Below, in pieces: positions 55,047-64,000 of a stretch of 64,000 bases of DNA (position 1 is the first letter of the stretch; every line of letters begins with the position of its first letter). The stretch covers positions 1,120,001-1,184,000 of the forward strand of contig CBDCDS010000003.1 of assembly GCA_965215365.1 (NCBI GenBank). The letters are read 5' to 3'. The notes under the pieces were generated by a model. The model was given only the letters and a program-made list of their open reading frames with translations, was not told the DNA's origin and made no database searches. The position numbers and the translations under genes were made by a program. The stretch comes from Gammaproteobacteria bacterium. GTDB taxonomy: Bacteria > Pseudomonadota > Gammaproteobacteria > Eutrophobiales > Eutrophobiaceae.

Positions 55047-55625
55047 TTAACGCAGCAGCCCCTGCACTTGCAGTGATAGTTCTTCGTCAGCGCCGCGAAT
55101 CCATTCGAACAGCACTGACTCCGCATCGCAGATGATGATGCCGGTCCGGGCCAGGCGCCGTAGTGCGATTTCGTAGTTTTCCCGTTGTCGGGAACAGACG
55201 CTGTCGGCTACAACGAACACGATGTAGCCGCGTTTATGCAGGTCCAGAGCGGTTTGCAGAATGCAGACGTGAGCTTCCATACCCACCAGTATCGCCTGTT
55301 TCCTCTTGGTTGCAGTCAGGTCTTCGGCAAAGTTCTTCGCGCCCATGCAGGTAAAAGAGGTTTTCTGATAGACCGGAGTGGTCTCCGGCAGCAGCTTTTG
55401 GACTTCCGGTTCCATCCGGCCCAGTCGTTCCGGTGAGCGTTCCGTGGCAAATATCGGCAACCCCAGACTGACGGCAGTTCTGATGAGCAGGCTCAGGTTC
55501 CGTTGCAGCCGGGCCAGCACCTTCAGCGGCGTGAGCGCAGTCAACTCCGTTTGTATGTCTATGACCAGCAACACGGAATTCCCGGCCTCACAGAGTGAGG
55601 TGTAATGTTCGGTATCGGCCTGCAT
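55047..55625 (-). CDS. Isochorismatase family hydrolase
   Basis: LLVIDIQ, KTSFTC, GMEAHVCILQTALD. Confidence 0.9.
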   Translation of the reverse strand: MQADTEHYTSLCEAGNSVLLVIDIQTELTALTPLKVLARLQRNLSLLIRTAVSLGLPIFATERSPERLGRMEPEVQKLLPETTPVYQKTSFTCMGAKNFAEDLTATKRKQAILVGMEAHVCILQTALDLHKRGYIVFVVADSVCSRQRENYEIALRRLARTGIIICDAESVLFEWIRGADEELSLQVQGLLR

Positions 55626-55692
55626 GTTAACTACCTGTCATAGCGATGCGATGATTGCGCCGGCGGGAACAGGACCAGCAACGGCGCATCGC

Positions 55693-57015
55693 TCATTCCA
55701 GCCAACGGTTCACTTTCCCCAAGTCATCTATCGACAGACTGCCGGCAGCCTGTTTCAAGCGCAATGTGTCCAGCAGGTAGTCATATCTGGCCCGGGCGTA
55801 GTCGCGCCGCGCTTCGGAGGTGGCGCGCTCTGCTGCCACCACGTCCACTGCGGTGCGGGTGCCCACGTCAAAACCGGCCTCGGTGGCTGCCAGCGCGGTT
55901 TCGCTGGAGACCACAGCCTGTTGCAGCGCCTTGACCTGGCTGATGCCGGAAATCACGCCCAGGTAGGCCTGGCGCGTCAGCCGTTGCGCCTGCCGGCGCG
56001 CCTGCTCCAGCCGTTCCAGTTCGGCGTTCAGGCGTTCCCGGGTTTCCCGTACCCGGGAACTCACGTAGCCACCCTGAAACAGCGGCATACTGACCTCAAC
56101 GCCGATGGAGTTGGTCGTGTTGTCGAGACTGCCGAAGCGTCCGCCGGTGCTGAAATAGCTGTGCCGGGCAACCATGTCCAGCGTCGGCAGGTGGCCGGCG
56201 CGGCGTTTCTGCACTTCCCGGCGCGCATTCTCTACGGCATGGCGCGCCGCCTGCACATCCAGGTTCTGCTCCAGCGCGGCGCCAGTCCAGGTTTCGATTT
56301 CCTCCGGTTGCGGGTTGACCAGGGGCATGGTCGCGCCCAGTAGCGCCAGCTCGGAAAAATAGCTGCCGGTGATCGCGCGTAACGCTTCCAGGGCATTGTC
56401 CACGTTGTTGCGCGCGGCGATTTGCGCGGCAACCGCCCGATCAAAGCCGGCCTGGGCTTCCTGTACGTCGGTGATGGCGCTCAAGCCCACTTCAAAACGC
56501 TGTTGCGCCTGTTCCAGCTGCCGGCTCAGGGATTTTTTCTCGGCCTCGGCGAAGCCCAGGTTGTCACGGGCGGCCAGCACCTCAAAATAAGCCCGGGTGG
56601 TGCGCACGATTAACTCCTGTCGGGCTGCGCTCAACTCGGCATCAGCCTGGCTGATCAAGCTGTCCGCTTGCAGGTAAGAGACAATCCGTTCGCCGTTGAA
56701 TAACGGCTGCACCAGATCCAGGCTGTAGCCGTGACTGCCGAAGCTGACCTTGTTGGGTCTGTCGATCGGGTTGAATACAGAGGTAATATCCTCTTCGTTG
56801 GTAAACGCATTGGCACTGATGCTTAATGCTGGCAGCAATCCTGCCCGCGCCTGCGGATGCTGCTCCAGCGTCGCCCGTCGGGCTGCGGCCACCTGCAGGT
56901 ATTGCGGGTCACTGTCCAGTGCATGGCCATATATTTCCATTAGGTCAGCCGGGTATGCGGGACTAGTGATGACAAGGCAGAGCAGGGCGCATAGAGTTTG
57001 GTAATAGCTGTTCAT
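55693..57015 (-). CDS. tolC: TolC family outer membrane protein
   Basis: Signal peptide, QARAGLLP, RFEVGL, GHLPTL, GFDVGTRT. Confidence 0.92.
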   Translation of the reverse strand: MNSYYQTLCALLCLVITSPAYPADLMEIYGHALDSDPQYLQVAAARRATLEQHPQARAGLLPALSISANAFTNEEDITSVFNPIDRPNKVSFGSHGYSLDLVQPLFNGERIVSYLQADSLISQADAELSAARQELIVRTTRAYFEVLAARDNLGFAEAEKKSLSRQLEQAQQRFEVGLSAITDVQEAQAGFDRAVAAQIAARNNVDNALEALRAITGSYFSELALLGATMPLVNPQPEEIETWTGAALEQNLDVQAARHAVENARREVQKRRAGHLPTLDMVARHSYFSTGGRFGSLDNTTNSIGVEVSMPLFQGGYVSSRVRETRERLNAELERLEQARRQAQRLTRQAYLGVISGISQVKALQQAVVSSETALAATEAGFDVGTRTAVDVVAAERATSEARRDYARARYDYLLDTLRLKQAAGSLSIDDLGKVNRWLE

Positions 57016-57016
57016 A

Positions 57017-57334
57017 TCAGTACCTCGGCATGTCCCCATCCACCCGTTCCGCCCAGGCATCGAGGCCGCCCTGCAGGTTTGCGACATCCTTGAACCCTGC
57101 TGCTGCGAGGTAGTTGCCGACCTCCATACTGCGCATACCGAAATGACAGATCGCTATCGTCTTGGCCTCCGGATCCAGCTCCTGCAGCCTTTGTTCGATC
57201 TCGTTCATGGGGATATTGACCGAGCCGGGCAGGCGGCAGAGGTCAACTTCCCAGGGATCGCGCACATCAAGCAGAACCAGCTGGTCCCACTCGGGCCGTA
57301 ACGCGGCCAGTTGTTCCACGGTAATACTTTGCAT
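57017..57334 (-). CDS. Rhodanese-like protein
   Basis: LLDVRDPWE, ICHFGMRS, NLQGGLDAW. Confidence 0.9.
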   Translation of the reverse strand: MQSITVEQLAALRPEWDQLVLLDVRDPWEVDLCRLPGSVNIPMNEIEQRLQELDPEAKTIAICHFGMRSMEVGNYLAAAGFKDVANLQGGLDAWAERVDGDMPRY

Positions 57335-57349
57335 GAACCTTATTCCTGA

Positions 57350-59311
<1,962 letters not shown>

Positions 59312-59313
59312 TT

Positions 59314-59507
59314 CGCAGATGACGCAGATTAACGCAGATTGTTTTTCGAAGTTTCGTGCCTTTTTGATTACTGGAGACGGAAAATCATACTTACCCTGAA
59401 TTGCCCCAAGAGCATCTGCGTCATCTGTGTCATCTGTGTCATCTGCGGATAAGTAATACAAAGAAAAACAATCTGCGTCATCTGTGTCATCTGCGGATAA
59501 GTAATAC
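59314..59507. repeat. 9-mer CAGAT/ATCTG tandem repeats in inverted and duplicated arrangement
   Basis: CGCAGATGACGCAGATTAACGCAGAT (59314-59339); (ATCTGYGTC)n-ATCTGCGGATAAGTAATAC at 59414-59459 and 59471-59507. Confidence 0.85.
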
Positions 59508-59509
59508 CA

Positions 59510-62134
59510 ATGATTGACTTCCAACGACTGATCGCGGCGGCGCCGGAACCGGAGGTTGCCGCGTTGCGGCTGGCGCGGATGCAGGAAGATGACACTCTGC
59601 GCGCGCAGCTGCAACGGTTGCCGGCCGAGCTGGCGGCGGACTTGGTCAACCTGGTCGGTTATTCCAACTTCCTGTTCAATTACCTCTGTCGGCATCCGCA
59701 AAATCTGCGGCTGTTGGGTCAGCCCTGCGAGCTTGATCCGGCACAACTGGATACAGTCGGCGACGCGCAGGCCTTGCGCCGTTTCAAGTACCAGCAGTTG
59801 TTGCAGATAAGCTGGATGGATGTGTCCGGTCGCTATCCCTACGAGGTGGTGCTGGCACGGCTGAGCCGGCTGGCTGATTTGATTCTCAGCAAGGCGTTTG
59901 AGCTGTGCTTCAAATCTGGCAATAACGGCGCGGTGGGCGAGCACCTGTGTATTTTTGCCCTGGGCAAGCTGGGTGCAAGTGAATTGAATTACAGTTCGGA
60001 TGTGGATCTGATCTTTGTCTGTCGCAACCATGATGAACTCTCCGGCTTGCCGGCGCCCGAATTGCAAGCCCTGCTCACCAAAGGGCTGCGACAATTCACC
60101 CGAATGCTGGAGGAGACGACCCGCAACGGCTTTTTGTACCGGGTGGACCTAAAACTGCGGCCCTGGGGCAAGAGCGGGCCGCTGTTTTTGACCGTGGACG
60201 AGACCGAGAACTATTATCAGGCCAGCACCGAAGCCTGGGAGCGGCTGACCTGGTTGCGCGCCAGGTGCGTAGCCGGCAACCCGGCGCTGGGCGCCGAACT
60301 GCTGACCAGATTGCGCCCGTTCGTGTTCATCCGTTCCATGAGCGCCACGGACCTGGAACGATTCGTCTCCATCAAGGGCGAAATGGCGAAAATCCGGGCG
60401 CGCAGCGGGCAATGGCACGTCAAACTGGGTCGGGGTGGCATCCGCGACATCGAGTTTTTCGTGCAGATCCTGCAACTGGTCAGCGCCGCCAAACACGCCG
60501 AACTGCGTACTACCAATACCCTGGAAGTATTGGAGAGCCTGCGCAAGCTCAACTTCATAGGCAGTGAGGAAGCGCAGCAGCTCAGGGCGGCCTACCTGTT
60601 CCTGCGACGCCTGGAAAACCGCTTGCAGATGGTCGATGAGAAGCAGGTTCATGCCTTGCCGGATGCAGCCGTCGGCAGGCTCAGGGTAGCGCGTTCCCTG
60701 ACTATGACAGCCGGCGCGGATGATGAAAAAATTCTGGCGGAGTTCGAACAAACTCTGCAGCAACACCGTGCCATAGCCGAGAAGTATTTTGAAAAAATTC
60801 TGCCGGAGGCGGAGGATGAGACCGCTTCGGGCAGCCCTCAAGTCAGCTTCGACGGTGCCTGGAACCGGGTCCAGGCGGAAGTCAGTTTTACCCGCTGGAG
60901 CGAATTGTGCGAGCAGGAGCAGTGGGGTGAGCGGCCCTTGGATAAGACCCTGCTGGTCAATATCTTTGGCGCAAGCTGGTATTTCACCCGTTATATTTTT
61001 TTCCGAGGCTATGAAATTACCGAATTGATCGACCACTACCGGGAGAAACCGATTAGCCCCGAGGAGATGCTGCGCACCTTGCAGGTGGACGCGTTCACTC
61101 AGGACGCCGAAACCGGATTGACGATCCTGTCATCGGTGAAAAACCAGTGGATGCTGTTGTTACTGATTCGTTTTCTGCAAGGCGAGATGGAACTGGCCGA
61201 GTTGGAGAAAAACCTGACCCTGCTGGCGGAATGCGTATTGGGTATGATGGTCAGGCAGCTGCCCGGGGAGCACAGAAAGCTGTTTGACAACGTGGCAGTG
61301 CTGGGTATGGGCCGTATGGCCGGCTATGAGATGATATTCGGCTCCGACCTGGATTTGATTTTCCTGTACCGGCCGCCGCCCGGCAGCGATACCTCCCGGG
61401 TGGCGCGCGAACTGCAAGTCCTGATGCGCCACCTGGCCCGGGTATCTCCCGCCGGCCTGCTGTATGAGGTCGATATGCGCCTGCGTCCGCACGGCGCCGC
61501 AGGTTCCCTGATCACGCCGCTGGATTCATTTATTGATTATCATCATTCCAACCGCGCAGTCTGGGAACGCCAGATGATGACCCGCTGCCGCCCCATCCAT
61601 GACCCGCAAGACCTGGGCCGGGAAGCCTTGCAGGCGATTGTCGGTTCCATCTACGGCGACCACAACCCGGCAACGCTGCAGGAAGAAATAGTAAACATGC
61701 GTGAACTCATAGAAGACACCCTGGGCAGCCCGCGCCACAAGCACGACATAAAGCGGGGCGCCGGCGGGATCATGGATATCGACTTCATTACCCATTTCCT
61801 GCAGCTCAGCCATGGTAAAAGTCACGCGCAACTGCAAACCGGCAGCACCAGAGTGGCATTGCAGCAACTGGCTGAACTGAACTACATCGACGCGAAAACC
61901 GCCGGGAGCTTACTTCAAGCCTACAATTTCCTGAAACAAGCGGAACTTTGCATGCGCCTGATTGACCTCAAACCCAACAGCACCATCCCCGCCGACCACA
62001 ACCAGAACGCAGTGCTGTCCCGCAGCATGGGCTACCCCGAGGGCGGCACTGAGGAATTTATGACAGAGTTCCTGCAGACCCGCACCCGGGTGCGGGCGGC
62101 ATTTACTCAGTTAGTCGGCACGCCGGCGGCATAA
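59510..62134 (+). CDS. glnE: Glutamine synthetase adenylyltransferase / adenylyl-removing enzyme
   Basis: Two nucleotidyltransferase domains: GKLGASELNYSSDVDLIF...GGIRDIEF and GRMAGYEMIFGSDLDLIF...GGIMDIDF. Confidence 0.88.
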   Translation: MIDFQRLIAAAPEPEVAALRLARMQEDDTLRAQLQRLPAELAADLVNLVGYSNFLFNYLCRHPQNLRLLGQPCELDPAQLDTVGDAQALRRFKYQQLLQISWMDVSGRYPYEVVLARLSRLADLILSKAFELCFKSGNNGAVGEHLCIFALGKLGASELNYSSDVDLIFVCRNHDELSGLPAPELQALLTKGLRQFTRMLEETTRNGFLYRVDLKLRPWGKSGPLFLTVDETENYYQASTEAWERLTWLRARCVAGNPALGAELLTRLRPFVFIRSMSATDLERFVSIKGEMAKIRARSGQWHVKLGRGGIRDIEFFVQILQLVSAAKHAELRTTNTLEVLESLRKLNFIGSEEAQQLRAAYLFLRRLENRLQMVDEKQVHALPDAAVGRLRVARSLTMTAGADDEKILAEFEQTLQQHRAIAEKYFEKILPEAEDETASGSPQVSFDGAWNRVQAEVSFTRWSELCEQEQWGERPLDKTLLVNIFGASWYFTRYIFFRGYEITELIDHYREKPISPEEMLRTLQVDAFTQDAETGLTILSSVKNQWMLLLLIRFLQGEMELAELEKNLTLLAECVLGMMVRQLPGEHRKLFDNVAVLGMGRMAGYEMIFGSDLDLIFLYRPPPGSDTSRVARELQVLMRHLARVSPAGLLYEVDMRLRPHGAAGSLITPLDSFIDYHHSNRAVWERQMMTRCRPIHDPQDLGREALQAIVGSIYGDHNPATLQEEIVNMRELIEDTLGSPRHKHDIKRGAGGIMDIDFITHFLQLSHGKSHAQLQTGSTRVALQQLAELNYIDAKTAGSLLQAYNFLKQAELCMRLIDLKPNSTIPADHNQNAVLSRSMGYPEGGTEEFMTEFLQTRTRVRAAFTQLVGTPAA

Positions 62135-63150
62135 TCCGTATCAGCGGCGGTTACCACAGCTTCACAGGGAAAGAATTTTTCCTCCGGCACGTAGTTCAAC
62201 AACGTATCCCGGCAAAACGATAACAGCTCCCGGCGGATGCTGTCCCGGTAAGCCACCATCCCGTCCGCGGTTTCCTCCAGGGGGGAGGCGAACAGGACTT
62301 CGTCCGGGTACAGCCGCGTCAGGTTGCGGTAAAACGATTTGGGCAGGCGGAAACTGCCCAGGCTGACTGAGTGCAGTCGCGCCGGCTCGACTACGTCAAA
62401 TACCTCTGTAAACAGCCGTCGGTATTGTTCCCGCGCGCCGTCCTGGTAAATCAATGGGTCAAAGCGCAGGCCGATTGGCCAGCCGTGCCGCTGTAAGCGC
62501 TGCAACGCCTGCAAACGCCTGGACACCGGCGGCGCCTTGTGCTCTACGGCGGCGGCAATCTCCGCCGGAGTAAAACTGAACGCGACCACACAGTTGGGCA
62601 ATGGCTCCTGCGCCAGTAGCGAGCGGATTTGCGTACTGCGGGTGCGCAGCTCCAACAGGGCTTGCGGATGCTCCCGGAACACGGGCAGGAAGGCCCGCAC
62701 GAAATCGGTCACCGGGTCCAGGGCCAGGCTGTCGCAGTCATAACCGGAAAAGAAATGCGCCGGGGCGGCGCCCGCCGCCCGGATCTTTTCCACAATGGCC
62801 TGGAAGAAGTCCTCGTAATTCACGAACAGCACGTAATGCGCCGAGCGGTACATGCCCTGCAGAAAGCAGTAGCGGCAGTCGTAAATACAATTCAGCATGT
62901 GTGAGAAATAATAATTCAAAGTGCCGCCGATAGCGTATTCAGGCGGCGCTGGCAGCACGTGATTGGCAAATTTCTCTGCCAGGATCAAGGCCGGCCGGCG
63001 CTTCTGCAAGCGGAAGTTCTGCGCCTTGCGATTGAAAATCTCACCATAGCGATCACACACCGTTACCGCCGCACGCGGAAACCGCCCCATTACCGCCTGC
63101 GCCCGCGGGTGTTCCAGCACGGCTTCCTCAATGTAAATCTGGTCGATCAT
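62107..63150 (-). CDS. Spore photoproduct lyase-like radical SAM protein
   Basis: NCIYDCRYCFLQGMY, DSLALD, LELRT, GLRFDP; ATG at 63150. Confidence 0.85.
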   Translation of the reverse strand: MIDQIYIEEAVLEHPRAQAVMGRFPRAAVTVCDRYGEIFNRKAQNFRLQKRRPALILAEKFANHVLPAPPEYAIGGTLNYYFSHMLNCIYDCRYCFLQGMYRSAHYVLFVNYEDFFQAIVEKIRAAGAAPAHFFSGYDCDSLALDPVTDFVRAFLPVFREHPQALLELRTRSTQIRSLLAQEPLPNCVVAFSFTPAEIAAAVEHKAPPVSRRLQALQRLQRHGWPIGLRFDPLIYQDGAREQYRRLFTEVFDVVEPARLHSVSLGSFRLPKSFYRNLTRLYPDEVLFASPLEETADGMVAYRDSIRRELLSFCRDTLLNYVPEEKFFPCEAVVTAADTDYAAGVPTN

Positions 63151-63161
63151 CACGCTGACAT

Positions 63162-63259
63162 TAACAATCCACAGATGACGCAGATGGGCGCAGATAAAAT
63201 GTTGAAGCCATAACAATCCACAGATGACGCAGATGGGCGCAGATAAAATGTTGAAGCCA
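63162..63259. repeat. Exact 49-bp tandem duplication containing CAGAT 9-mers
   Basis: TAACAATCCACAGATGACGCAGATGGGCGCAGATAAAATGTTGAAGCCA twice. Confidence 0.92.
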
Positions 63260-63294
63260 TGGGGTTTGCGGAACGTATTGAACGCAGGATATAA

Positions 63295-64000
63295 CTATCC
63301 GAACCTGACCGGAGTTTTCTCCAGTTTTTCCTGCAAGTGGCGCAATACCTCAGTCGCGGTGTTGTGGTGGCGCAGGCATGCGGTCAGGCTGGTATCACCG
63401 GGATGCAGTGCCTGCCATTTGCTGAGCAGGGTGTGCAGTTGGTGGCGCTGGCTGACGGTGAAGTGGTGGTGTCGGGTCAGTGCCGGGTAGTCCGGGCCTG
63501 ATTCTTCAAGTTGTTGCAGTAATGCTGACAGTGCCAGCAGTTGTGCCGTTACCTCCTTGATGACGGGCAGGTTTTGCGTTATCAGGCGCTTTACCAGAGC
63601 CGGGGTTATTGCAGCTAAGGATTGTCTGGCATTATCAGAGATAATTTTCATGGCTTGCGCCAGTTCCAGGGTGGCAAAACCGCTCACGGCCCGAAAGAAA
63701 CCGGCGCATTCCATATCATATAATTCCTGGCGATAATTGTGGTCGGGTTGTTCCAGGGTGAGCAGGCCGCGACACGGCAGCGGCGTGGCAAACACCCGCG
63801 ACGGGAACCAGGTCTGGCCGGATGCAGCGTCTGTTACCTTGTTCACCATCACTGCCTGACCGAGCGGCAGGTCGGCATGGCCGGCAATACCCAGGTTCAG
63901 CCAGGCATGGGTTTTATCGGCGTTGAATTGGGCCTGCGTGCGGGCCACCGCCGCGGCTGCGGCCGCTTGGCCGATACCGGATAAGGTGAGGGAGATACGG
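63295..64000 (-). CDS. Nucleoside phosphorylase (PNP/UDP)-like protein, 5' partial
   Basis: SGIGQAAAA, WLNLGIAG, YDME, KIISDN; frame open to the window end. Confidence 0.75.
   Translation of the reverse strand, partial: RISLTLSGIGQAAAAAAVARTQAQFNADKTHAWLNLGIAGHADLPLGQAVMVNKVTDAASGQTWFPSRVFATPLPCRGLLTLEQPDHNYRQELYDMECAGFFRAVSGFATLELAQAMKIISDNARQSLAAITPALVKRLITQNLPVIKEVTAQLLALSALLQQLEESGPDYPALTRHHHFTVSQRHQLHTLLSKWQALHPGDTSLTACLRHHNTATEVLRHLQEKLEKTPVRFG

Noticed and set aside
59368-59649. ORFs with PQMTQMTQM repeats (also 63224-63490)
   Set aside because: They are translations of the 9-mer DNA repeats and overlap real genes.

Overview
Chromosomal window from a Gammaproteobacterium (inferred from gene content and order). 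The core backbone is cofD/cofE, gltX-tRNA-Ala-tRNA-Glu, tRNA-Asn, an aspartate aminotransferase, uvrB, tRNA-Val-thrS-infC-rpmI-rplT-pheS-pheT-ihfA-MerR-tRNA-Pro, tolC, thiC, glnE and a SplB-like radical SAM gene. It is interrupted by three accessory blocks. (i) About 28 kb between the 3' ends of tRNA-Glu and tRNA-Asn, holding a type I R-M operon with an embedded ImmA/IrrE-DUF4411 pair, two toxin-antitoxin pairs, a patchwork of partly decayed LPS/O-antigen genes and a tandem array of Uma2 nuclease genes. (ii) About 7 kb of surface-polysaccharide genes between the aminotransferase and uvrB. (iii) A large RTX-repeat protein. Intergenic DNA carries several small repeat families: a ~239-bp MITE, 26-43-bp hairpins and 9-mer CAGAT repeats. 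The most striking signal is at 25.1-28.6 kb. Three nearly identical, highly structured ~330-bp non-coding segments alternate with diverged Uma2 genes, and each segment includes a CRP-like palindrome and a minus-strand -10 box. This is a candidate structured ncRNA / Uma2 nuclease module. All calls come from reading the sequence by eye and recognising motifs; no database searches were run.
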